Of a DNA stretch of 64,000 nt, positions 1 to 8,894 are shown piece after piece (the first letter of the stretch is position 1; each line of letters begins with the position of its first letter). The notes beneath the pieces were generated by a model, which saw nothing but the letters and a program-made list of their open reading frames with translations, did not search any database and was not told the DNA's origin. Made by a program: the position numbers and the translations under genes. Source of the DNA: an uncultured Gammaproteobacteria bacterium (lineage in GTDB: Bacteria > Patescibacteriota > Microgenomatia > Levybacterales > UBA12049); the NCBI GenBank assembly GCA_964474445.1, contig CAYYSJ010000002.1:119570-183569 (forward strand), written 5' to 3'.

Positions 1-47
1 ACCAATTTTTTCTTGATAGCATCAACAGCGAGTATTCGTTCATCCAT
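1..47 (-). CDS. 5' end of a CDS running off the window (MDERILAVDAIKKKL...), product uncertain
   Basis: ATG at 47 with an open frame to the window edge, downstream of the sortase on the same strand; only 15 codons visible. Confidence 0.45.
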   Translation of the reverse strand, partial: MDERILAVDAIKKKL

Positions 48-104
48 AAATATTTGGTACCACTTACAAGATACTAGCTATTTGTTTTCTTTTTCAACTA
101 GTAA

Positions 105-836
105 TTAAGATGGCTTTTCTAACCTTGCTTTGACAATAAGCCGTTTCCAAATTGTTCCTGGAGGAGTACATGTAATAAGAGTGATATAACTATCATCGTA
201 AGTTTGTGAAAGAACAGACGTATCTTCTGGTTCTACAACGGTCAAAGAAACTATTGAGTAGGTAAAGATAACACCATTGACCGTTGCGATAATTGTATCT
301 CCTGGTTGCAGCGTATGCACATTGGCAAAAATCGTTTTGTAGTCATTCGGATTAAAAAGTTGGGGAAGTGTTGAATGACCAAAAATGACCGTATTTCCTT
401 TGTCAGGAGGGACAGCTGTACCGGAAAGATTGACAAGATGTTTGGAGAGATCTGTATCAAAAGTTGAGACTTGCGCATTGACAATATGAAGCTTGGGAAT
501 AGAAAGGGTATAGGCAGTCTCACGTGGAGCTGTATGCGAGACAGTATAGGTAGGGTACCAATTAGCTGCGTTCGTAAAATCAATACCTGAGAGTGTCTGC
601 AAACTTGCATTTACAAGGCTTGCAATAGTGATATTTGTCACAACACTATGTTGTGGAATAGGGACTGTTACTTGTTGTTCAGCAAATGCTGGAGCGAGAG
701 TCAATTGCCATAAAATAAGAGGACTAAAGACATAGAAGACAGTACCTAAACCTCCTAAGAAAATAAAAAGTCCTACACATCGTAAGACAATCTTCATGTT
801 CACAAATGAGGGGTTTTTGTAGTAGTACTTATTCAT
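105..836 (-). CDS. Sortase
   Basis: N-terminal TM helix; catalytic GHS, TLITC and downstream R (KRLIV). Confidence 0.9.
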   Translation of the reverse strand: MNKYYYKNPSFVNMKIVLRCVGLFIFLGGLGTVFYVFSPLILWQLTLAPAFAEQQVTVPIPQHSVVTNITIASLVNASLQTLSGIDFTNAANWYPTYTVSHTAPRETAYTLSIPKLHIVNAQVSTFDTDLSKHLVNLSGTAVPPDKGNTVIFGHSTLPQLFNPNDYKTIFANVHTLQPGDTIIATVNGVIFTYSIVSLTVVEPEDTSVLSQTYDDSYITLITCTPPGTIWKRLIVKARLEKPS

Positions 837-3195
837 TGGCAGAAAGATTTATTGTAATATTTCTTGATAAGCGAGGAAGTATCTGTGGCAGGAAGAAAAG
901 ATTAGGTGAAAGCTTAAACGTTACTCCTGCAAATTGTGGTGTCCCTGATAGAATTTCTTTTGCTTGTGAGAATGATTTACCGGCGATCTGAGGTGCAATT
1001 GTTTTGGTATCAAGATTAGGAAGCAGTGATGCTTTCATATCAAGCGTTGCTTTTGCACTACCGTCTTTTTGCAGTAAGTCCTTGACGTCATATGTGATGC
1101 CTTGTGAAGCAAGACGCATATCAGCAGGAAACTGACCTTGCATAACTGATTTTGTGTAGGTATCAATATCAGATTTTTTATAAGAAAGACTTTGATATGA
1201 AACAGTCCCAGTGAGGTTAATACTCGTTGCTTGATCACTAACTTTTTTATCAAACGAGCTTTTTGTAATTGTTGTTTTTGTAAAACTTGGCAATATAACG
1301 ACGTCACTGGTTGCTTGCTGTTGCAAATCTTGTTTTGCTTTATCAGTAAGGCTATTGGTCAATTGACCAGATAAATTATCGAGATCTTTTTGTGCAACAA
1401 CAGTAATTGTTTTTTTAGTACCACCAGAAAAAGCATTGTCATTTTTTGCAGCAACTGTCGAACTTGTTCCAACGCTGAATTTTGTACCAGAAGGAAGATT
1501 ATATTCAGTTCCGATATCTGCAGCAGTAACAGGAACATCCTGTTTTCCAGGCTGTGTCCCAGAGAAGATATCTCCACTTGCTGATGCTATTGTCACATCT
1601 TTATCAAGAGTAAATTTGAGACTATTCGAAGAGGTGATTGTTGTTCCTGCAGATAATGTTTTAGCTGAGTCATTATTGTTAAAAATAGTGACTGTCCCTT
1701 TTGCTTTATCACCAATATCTTTACTTCCTGTTGCATTGCCAGATACTGTTCCGTCTTCTGTAACCCCAATATTTGTTGCTGCAATTGTTCCAGAAGTCGT
1801 ATCACTTGAACCAGAAGTTGAAAAGGTCACTGACTGATTTTGTTCGATGACTTTTGGTGTTAAAGAAAGGGTAGCAATTGCATGTATTCCAAAAATATAC
1901 CAAATAAAAAAAAGAACAAGAAGTATAAGAATACCTGGAATAACAAAGATTGCTTTATTGCCACCCGCTGGGATAGGAGAAGGCAGATGAGTAGGAAATG
2001 AAAGGGGATTTTTAGGGAGGCCTTTTTTGATATTTTCAAAAGTTTTTTTTGCGCCTTCCACAAATGCTGGACCGCTGACACTAAATCCCGGAGTGACATT
2101 TGTTTCTTCCTCTTCTTTCACTTTCTCCGGGATTTCTTCAAATGAGTCAGATGCATAATGAGAGATGTGGGGTGTATCTGTTTTTATAATATCTTCATCT
2201 TTGACAAAACCAAAGTATTCCTGACTTGAATCCTCTGCAATTTCTTTTGCATCTTCTTGCTGAAATAACTGGGAAGAGCGATGATCGTGGGGAGTTTCTT
2301 CTCTTTCACCCTCATGAGTCTTTTTAGGGAAGGGGAAAGTAATCTGAGTTTTTTCTTCTTCGTTTGTATCTTCTACAGTTTCTTCTAGATTTTCCATGGG
2401 CTTTGTACTTGGTGCTTCACGTTGTTTTACCAAATCAATTGCATCAAATCCCATTTGCGTTGCTGTCCCAAAAAGAATTGCTCTCGTATCAAAATCTGAC
2501 GCGAGTGTGGTGGCTTGGGGAACATGAAGAAATGGAAGAGATTTGCTCCAATGATGGCTTATGAATGCATGTTCTGCTTTTTGATCACCATTATCAAATA
2601 AGATAAGACGAGAAGGGAAGATTTCTACATTTTCAAATTGTTTGAGTGCTGCTTCAACTGTTTGAGTGAGACTTTCACCGAAAGGTATTTCTTTTGTGGC
2701 AATGATTCTTCCCGCTCGGATAAGAGTAAGTGATACCTGCCTTTTCCCTGCATCAACAAGAATACCGGAAACAGGTGCTCCTTCTTCTTTCTGTAATAAA
2801 TGAGCAATTGCTTCTGGAAAAACCAAAAACCCAATTGGTTGCAAGTCGAGTTCTTGGCTCATTTGCTTGAGTTTTCCTAAGTACTCTTTTGTAATATGCG
2901 AATCTACTACCCAACTTTCTTTTACCCCAAAAACTGTTTTGTGTGTTTGAACACCATCTGGTAATGATTGCTCTGCAATACTAATTGCTCGATCTGCTGC
3001 ACTGAGCAGATTCTCTGAAGAGACATGTTCAAGAGAAGCAGGTAATTCTGCTTTCCCTTGCCCTATAACCTGGATTCGTCCTCCTACCTCTTCAAAAACG
3101 ACGGCATGAACATGTTCGTCACGAAGAAGAAAAGCCAAAAAATATTCTGTTGGCGGAGCCTTTTTAAAGAGAGACCCTAGTATAGGTAGCTTCAT
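829..3195 (-). CDS. Membrane protein: FtsA/PilM-like N-terminal domain, acidic linker, one TM helix, baseplate-J/gp47-like Thr/Ser-rich C-terminal domain
   Basis: ILVDAG-like strand motif in the N-terminal part; TM IFVIPGILILLVLFFIWYIFG; KAKGTVTIFN..AGT and G.EYNL..G..F..FSGG motifs. Confidence 0.6.
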   Translation of the reverse strand: MKLPILGSLFKKAPPTEYFLAFLLRDEHVHAVVFEEVGGRIQVIGQGKAELPASLEHVSSENLLSAADRAISIAEQSLPDGVQTHKTVFGVKESWVVDSHITKEYLGKLKQMSQELDLQPIGFLVFPEAIAHLLQKEEGAPVSGILVDAGKRQVSLTLIRAGRIIATKEIPFGESLTQTVEAALKQFENVEIFPSRLILFDNGDQKAEHAFISHHWSKSLPFLHVPQATTLASDFDTRAILFGTATQMGFDAIDLVKQREAPSTKPMENLEETVEDTNEEEKTQITFPFPKKTHEGEREETPHDHRSSQLFQQEDAKEIAEDSSQEYFGFVKDEDIIKTDTPHISHYASDSFEEIPEKVKEEEETNVTPGFSVSGPAFVEGAKKTFENIKKGLPKNPLSFPTHLPSPIPAGGNKAIFVIPGILILLVLFFIWYIFGIHAIATLSLTPKVIEQNQSVTFSTSGSSDTTSGTIAATNIGVTEDGTVSGNATGSKDIGDKAKGTVTIFNNNDSAKTLSAGTTITSSNSLKFTLDKDVTIASASGDIFSGTQPGKQDVPVTAADIGTEYNLPSGTKFSVGTSSTVAAKNDNAFSGGTKKTITVVAQKDLDNLSGQLTNSLTDKAKQDLQQQATSDVVILPSFTKTTITKSSFDKKVSDQATSINLTGTVSYQSLSYKKSDIDTYTKSVMQGQFPADMRLASQGITYDVKDLLQKDGSAKATLDMKASLLPNLDTKTIAPQIAGKSFSQAKEILSGTPQFAGVTFKLSPNLFFLPQILPRLSRNITINLSANE

Positions 3196-3301
3196 ACATC
3201 AGTAACCAATTAGCTTCTAATTACTTGTTTTAGCATATCACGATATGTTATTTGTAGCAAATTGTCAGGATATGTGATCGAGGGATGAAAAGTCGGGTTC
3301 T

Positions 3302-5179
3302 TTAGCTAACCAATGCATACAATCTCATAAGGTTATTTCCAAGTTTTTCTTGTTTTGTAATCGTAAATGATTGTATAACACCGGTATGTGCAACATGAGG
3401 TCCTCCGCAAAATTCTTTAGAGTAGGCGTTATAGTCACCTTCTTTTCCAGATCCTCCTATAATATATACTTTTACCTGCTCTTGATATTTCTCGTCAAAA
3501 AGACCGATAGCGTTAATGTCTTTCGCTTTCTGAAGTGGCATCATTTCAAATCTTACTGGCAAATCTTCTGTAATTTTCTCATTGACTGTTCTCTCAAGAG
3601 AGACAAGTTCCTCATTAGTTAATTTTCTGTCAAAGTTAAAATCAAATCGAAGTCTTTCAGTTGTAATATTAGATCCTGATTGATGAACTTGTGTTCCGAG
3701 CAAATCCCTTATTGCCTGATGTAAAAGATGCGTTGCCGTATGACCTTTCACTGTCAGATCTTGCGTATCAGCTAGCCCGCCTTTGAATTTTCCAGCTGAT
3801 GCTGTCTTTGAAAGGTTTTGATGTTCCTTGATTTTCTCAGCCAATTCCTCCTGATTGAATGTATACCCAAGACTTTTCAACTGGGTTGGGGAGAGTCCAA
3901 AGGATGAGATTGCCTTGAAAGCTGTCTCAGGAGAAATTTCCACTACTCCCAGAAGTTCATCCCCCTCTCTAACTCCAGGCAATTTTTCAGGTGACAGGGC
4001 CTGTTTTTGTACATCTTTTTCAATAAGCTTTTTGGCATTAGAGAGCGTTTGTTGGTATTTTTGTTGTTCAGTAAGAAGAGTAAGCAGAATTGGTTCAAAG
4101 TTATCTGTAAGATAAGGATCAGTTTCTTTATATTCTGCAACAATTGCTTCTACAATAGTTTTTGTATCTGCATCTTTTGCAAGTTCCCATAAGTGATCAA
4201 GGCCACGTCTGATAAGCCTTCGCAAAATATATCCTTGTTCTTTATTTGAAGGTAAAATACCATTTGCTGCCATCATAATACTCCCAAGCAGATGATCTGT
4301 TACAACTCTCATGTGTTTTTCGTTCCCTTTATAGGATTTATTGGTTGCTTTTTCTATTACCGTAATGATTGGTTTAAAAAGAGAAGTATGAAAAACATCA
4401 ACCTGATCCTCTGCTGCTGCTAAAAGTCTTTCAAGGCCGCCACCAAAATCAACATTTCGTTGAGGGAGTTCTTTAAAGGTACCATCATCTTGTTTCTGAT
4501 ACTGCATAAAGACACTATTTCCAATTTCCATAAATCGTCCACAGTCACAATTCACATGACATGTCTCATCTTTCCATGGACTATTTTCGTGCAGTTGTAA
4601 ATCTGCCCCAAAATCATAGAAAACTTCACTGTCAGGTCCTCCTGGTTCGCCAGCTGGCATCTTGTCGGGAGTTCCAGAGCGAGACCACCAATTTTTCTCA
4701 ACGCCGTATTCAAAAATTCTTTCATCTGGATTGAGTTCTGCATCAGAAAAGAGTTTTTTCCAAATTGCAGTAGAAGTTTCATCTTCCGGTATTTGATCGT
4801 TTCCTTTAAAAACAGTGACATAGAGCCTTTGTGGATCAAGACGTAGTTCTTTTGTTAAAAATTCCCAAAACCAGGGAATCTGTTCTGTTTTAAAATAGTC
4901 TCCCAATGACCAGTTGCCAAGCATCCGGAAAAAAGTTGTATGTCTGTTGTCTCCAATTTCATCGATGTCTTGTGCCCTGAAACAATTCTGAACATTTACA
5001 AGTCTTTTTCCAGCAGGATGAGACTCTCCTAATAAATATGGTACTAAGGGCTGCATACCGGAAGAGGTAAAAAGGGTAGTTGGATCATTTTCTGGCACCA
5101 GAGGAGCATTGGCAATTCGTGTATGCCTTCTCTTTTCAAAATATGAAATATATAAATCAATAATTTCTCTAGCCGTCAT
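3302..5179 (-). CDS. alaS: Alanine--tRNA ligase, short form without C-Ala domain
   Basis: DPTTLFTSSGMQ, HTTFFRMLGNWS, editing motifs HTATH and CGGPH; ATG at 5179 follows TGCTATAAT. Confidence 0.95.
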   Translation of the reverse strand: MTAREIIDLYISYFEKRRHTRIANAPLVPENDPTTLFTSSGMQPLVPYLLGESHPAGKRLVNVQNCFRAQDIDEIGDNRHTTFFRMLGNWSLGDYFKTEQIPWFWEFLTKELRLDPQRLYVTVFKGNDQIPEDETSTAIWKKLFSDAELNPDERIFEYGVEKNWWSRSGTPDKMPAGEPGGPDSEVFYDFGADLQLHENSPWKDETCHVNCDCGRFMEIGNSVFMQYQKQDDGTFKELPQRNVDFGGGLERLLAAAEDQVDVFHTSLFKPIITVIEKATNKSYKGNEKHMRVVTDHLLGSIMMAANGILPSNKEQGYILRRLIRRGLDHLWELAKDADTKTIVEAIVAEYKETDPYLTDNFEPILLTLLTEQQKYQQTLSNAKKLIEKDVQKQALSPEKLPGVREGDELLGVVEISPETAFKAISSFGLSPTQLKSLGYTFNQEELAEKIKEHQNLSKTASAGKFKGGLADTQDLTVKGHTATHLLHQAIRDLLGTQVHQSGSNITTERLRFDFNFDRKLTNEELVSLERTVNEKITEDLPVRFEMMPLQKAKDINAIGLFDEKYQEQVKVYIIGGSGKEGDYNAYSKEFCGGPHVAHTGVIQSFTITKQEKLGNNLMRLYALVS

Positions 5180-5332
5180 AAAAAGTATTATAGCAAAGAG
5201 CAGGATACGAAAGACAGAGCCATGGTCACTCAATAGGAATAGTATGAAATACAGCGAGGAGAAGATGTTGATCTACTCAAATTGATCTCATCATTTCCTT
5301 ACTATTCTGTGTCGCAAAACTTAAAAAGGTGC

Positions 5333-5361
5333 TTGACATATAAAAAATGCTATGGTATAAA
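5333..5361 (+). promoter_or_regulatory. Sigma70 promoter of rpoB
   Basis: TTGACA-17 nt-TATAAA with extended TG. Confidence 0.75.
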
Positions 5362-5468
5362 CATAGCTACCTTAGCAAAATAAAGGAAGGGTCGATCGAC
5401 CTTTTTCCTTTTTTTTGGTGAAGTACAACTGTCCGAAGCTAATCCTAATTTAGAAAGCCTTGCCAAGA

Positions 5469-8400
5469 ATGCCAAAGAATACCACGAACGACAACATTAG
5501 ACAAAACTGGGGACGAACATATTCCATCGTGCCTGAATTGGACCTTCTTTCTATTCAAAAAACATCATACCAATGGTTTAAAGAGCATGCAATTGGTGAA
5601 ATCCTTCAAGAAATCTCTCCTGTTGAGGATTTTACCGAAAAAAACTGGCAACTTACTTTTGGACATTATCGGATCGGTAAATCAACCTACAGTCCAGAAG
5701 AAGCAATGAATAAAGGAGTAACATTTGATGCCCCACTCTATGTAGAAGCAACCCTCTTAAACAAGAAAACCGGTGAAACCCAGACACAAGAAATTTTCTT
5801 AGGAGATATTCCTCAGATGACAGAGAGAGGAACATTTGTTGTAAATGGCATTGAGAGATCTGTTGTTAACCAGTTAGTGAGAAGCCCTGGTGTCTTCTTT
5901 ACTGCAACAGTAGATCCAGTTACCGGAAAACCTCTCTATACAGCAGAAGTGCGGCCTGTTCATGGAAGTTGGCTCGAATTTTCAACAACAAGGCACGGTA
6001 CCATTACCGTAAAAATTGATAGACGACGAAAATTCCCAGTGACTACCTTCCTTCGAGCGATCGGTATTTCTTCAAATGATGATATCCGGGATCGATTTAC
6101 AGGAATTACAGACAAAGAAGCATTTATTGATAACACACTTCAAAAAGATGAAACAGCTTCTGAAACAGAAGCTATGATTGAAATTTTTAAGAAGATGCAC
6201 CCAGGCGAACCTGTTGTGTTAGAAAAAGTCCGTGAATCACTTAACGGACTTTTCTTTAATAATAGAAGATATGATTTAGGTCCAGTTGGAAGATATAAGA
6301 TTAATAAGAAATTAGCAGACACTCAAAACTTTAGACCAGCTGAAGAAAGAGTATTGTCTGTTGATGATGTTGTTGGTACCATTGCATACCTTATTGGTCT
6401 TTCTCAAGGGAATGGTGTTGTTGATGACATTGATAGTCTTGCAAATAGAAGAATTCGATCTGTTGGAGAACTCGTTGCTTCCACTGCATTCAGAGTTGGA
6501 GTATTGCGACTTGAGCGAAGTATTAAAGAAAGAATGTCTCTGATGCAAACAGACGTTCCTTCAACAATTGCAAACCTTATTAATGCTCGACCTATTATGG
6601 CAGCACTCAACGAATTCTTCCGAACCTCCCAGCTTTCCACAATCCTTGACCAAACAAACCCATTAGCAGAAGTAGACAATCTGAACCGTCTTACCGTTAT
6701 GGGTACTGGTGGTATCTCACGAGAGCGCGCAGCCTTCTCTATCCGAGATATTAATGCATCCCAATACAGTAGAGTCTGTCCAATTAGAAGTCCTGAAGGT
6801 CCAAATATTGGTTTGGTTACCTATCTTTCCTTATATACAAGAGTAAATGGGTATGGCTTCTTGGAAGCACCATATAGAAAGGTTGAAGTCAAACAGGACG
6901 GAAAGAAATCTGTTGTGAGTGCATCTGAGGAAATTGTCTATCTTGATGCAGAAGATGAACAAAAGCACTATATTACTCATGCAGGTGCGTTAGACGAAAA
7001 TAATGAACTTACAACAGATCGAGTCCCTGCACGATTTAGAGGCGAGTTTATTGAAATTGAAAAGGAAAAAATTGAATATGTTGATGTAACCCCACAACAA
7101 GTTGTTGGATCTTCAGCAAGTCTTATTCCTTTTGTTGCTCATGATGAAGCTAACCGTGCGCTCATGGGTACTCACATGCAATGTCAAGCAGTGCCACTTG
7201 TAAAGCCAGATAGTCCAATTGTTGGAACAGGAATGGAAGGCAAAATTTCTGAAGTTATGGGACGAGTTGTCAAAGCTCCATTTGATGGGAAAATTACCCA
7301 TGCAGATGCACGAAGTATTGTTTTAGAAGGCAAGAATGAAAAGCAAACATTCATGCTTGAAACATTCCATCGAACAGCAGCAACAACAGCATACACACAG
7401 AAAACAGTAGTCAAAGCAGGTCAATTAGTTAAGAAAGGTGACATCCTTATTGATGGTCCAGCATCACAGAATGGAGAACTCGCTTTGGGTCAAAACCTTC
7501 TTATTGCATATGCATCATTTGAAGGTCTTGGATACGAAGATGCTATTGTTATCTCTGAAAGACTCGTCAAAGAAGATATCCTCTCCAGTATTCATATTGA
7601 GAAATATGAAGCATCAGTTGTTGAAACAAAACTTGGACCAGAAGAAACAACACGAGATATTCCAAATGTGTCAGAGGAAGATTTAGCAAATCTTGATGAA
7701 GATGGAATTGTTGTTATCGGATCAGAAGTCGGACCAGGTGATATTTTAGTTGGAAAGATTGCACCAAAAGGTGAAACAGAATTAACGGCGGAAGAAAGAC
7801 TTTTGAGAGCAATCTTTGGAGAACAAGCACGAGAAGTTCGCGATACCAGTTTGAGAATTCCACATGGTGAAAGAGGAACAGTAGTCAACGTTCAAATCCT
7901 TGACCGAAAGAAAGGTGACGAACTTGAACCAGGAACAATTCGAAAGATTGTTGTTGAAGTTGCTCAATTTAGACACGTTGTTGTTGGAGATAAGCTTGCA
8001 GGACGACATGGAAACAAAGGTGTTATTTCTCGAATTCTTCCAGCATCTGATATGCCATATCTGGAAGATGGAACACCAGTTGATATTGTTATTTCTCCAA
8101 TCTCAGTGCTTGCTCGTATGAACTTGGGGCAGTTACTCGAAGCACATCTTGGGTGGGCAGCACAAAAAATGAATATCAAAGTTGCAACTCCAGTCTTTGA
8201 AAAGATTGAAGAAAAACGAATTCGAGAACTATTGAAAGAAGCAGGTCTTCCAGAAGACGGAAAAGCAAAACTTTATGATGGAAGAACCGGTGAAGCATTC
8301 GAAAATCCAGTTGTTGTCGGTATTGAATATGTGATGAAACTTATTCACATGGTTGAGGACAAGGCACATGCTCGAAGTACTGGTCCATACTCTCTCGTTA

Positions 8401-8864
8401 CCCAGCAACCTCTTGGAGGAAAAGCACAAATGGGAGGTCAGAGACTTGGAGAAATGGAAGTATGGGCACTTGAATCACATCGTGCACAGCATATTTTGCA
8501 AGAAATGCTTACCTACAAATCTGATGATGTTGTGGGACGAACCAAAGCATTTGAAGCAATTGTGAAGGGTACAGATATTCCAACACCACGAGTTCCTGAA
8601 TCATTTAAAGTTTTGGTAAAGGAATTACAAGCGTTGGGTCTTAAAATAGAGGCAGTAGAAGCAGAATTGACTGTTGATGAAACAACTGCTCCAACAGGAG
8701 AAGTACCAGCAGATTTGGCAGCAGAAGAAGTAAGAGAACAAGCAGAAGAAATGGAAGAAGAATTGGGAGGAGCGGAAGTTGCTGAAGGAGAGGAAGGATT
8801 AGATATTGCAGAAAATGAAGAAATAAGAGAGAATATGAGTTCACCAGAAGGAGGAGAAGAATAA
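5469..8864 (+). CDS. rpoB: RNA polymerase beta subunit
   Basis: GDKLAGRHGNKG, PEGPNIGL, GGQRLGEME; first ATG at 5469. Confidence 0.99.
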   Translation: MPKNTTNDNIRQNWGRTYSIVPELDLLSIQKTSYQWFKEHAIGEILQEISPVEDFTEKNWQLTFGHYRIGKSTYSPEEAMNKGVTFDAPLYVEATLLNKKTGETQTQEIFLGDIPQMTERGTFVVNGIERSVVNQLVRSPGVFFTATVDPVTGKPLYTAEVRPVHGSWLEFSTTRHGTITVKIDRRRKFPVTTFLRAIGISSNDDIRDRFTGITDKEAFIDNTLQKDETASETEAMIEIFKKMHPGEPVVLEKVRESLNGLFFNNRRYDLGPVGRYKINKKLADTQNFRPAEERVLSVDDVVGTIAYLIGLSQGNGVVDDIDSLANRRIRSVGELVASTAFRVGVLRLERSIKERMSLMQTDVPSTIANLINARPIMAALNEFFRTSQLSTILDQTNPLAEVDNLNRLTVMGTGGISRERAAFSIRDINASQYSRVCPIRSPEGPNIGLVTYLSLYTRVNGYGFLEAPYRKVEVKQDGKKSVVSASEEIVYLDAEDEQKHYITHAGALDENNELTTDRVPARFRGEFIEIEKEKIEYVDVTPQQVVGSSASLIPFVAHDEANRALMGTHMQCQAVPLVKPDSPIVGTGMEGKISEVMGRVVKAPFDGKITHADARSIVLEGKNEKQTFMLETFHRTAATTAYTQKTVVKAGQLVKKGDILIDGPASQNGELALGQNLLIAYASFEGLGYEDAIVISERLVKEDILSSIHIEKYEASVVETKLGPEETTRDIPNVSEEDLANLDEDGIVVIGSEVGPGDILVGKIAPKGETELTAEERLLRAIFGEQAREVRDTSLRIPHGERGTVVNVQILDRKKGDELEPGTIRKIVVEVAQFRHVVVGDKLAGRHGNKGVISRILPASDMPYLEDGTPVDIVISPISVLARMNLGQLLEAHLGWAAQKMNIKVATPVFEKIEEKRIRELLKEAGLPEDGKAKLYDGRTGEAFENPVVVGIEYVMKLIHMVEDKAHARSTGPYSLVTQQPLGGKAQMGGQRLGEMEVWALESHRAQHILQEMLTYKSDDVVGRTKAFEAIVKGTDIPTPRVPESFKVLVKELQALGLKIEAVEAELTVDETTAPTGEVPADLAAEEVREQAEEMEEELGGAEVAEGEEGLDIAENEEIRENMSSPEGGEE

Positions 8865-8894
8865 GCAGGAGTTTGCTTATTGACTAAATATATT

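Noticed and set aside
5180-5233. Longer ORF-track starts for alaS (also fusA, tuf, rpoA, GH18, holin-like, cmk, HD)
   Set aside because: The extensions run through promoter or leader sequence and lack family similarity; downstream ATGs fit better
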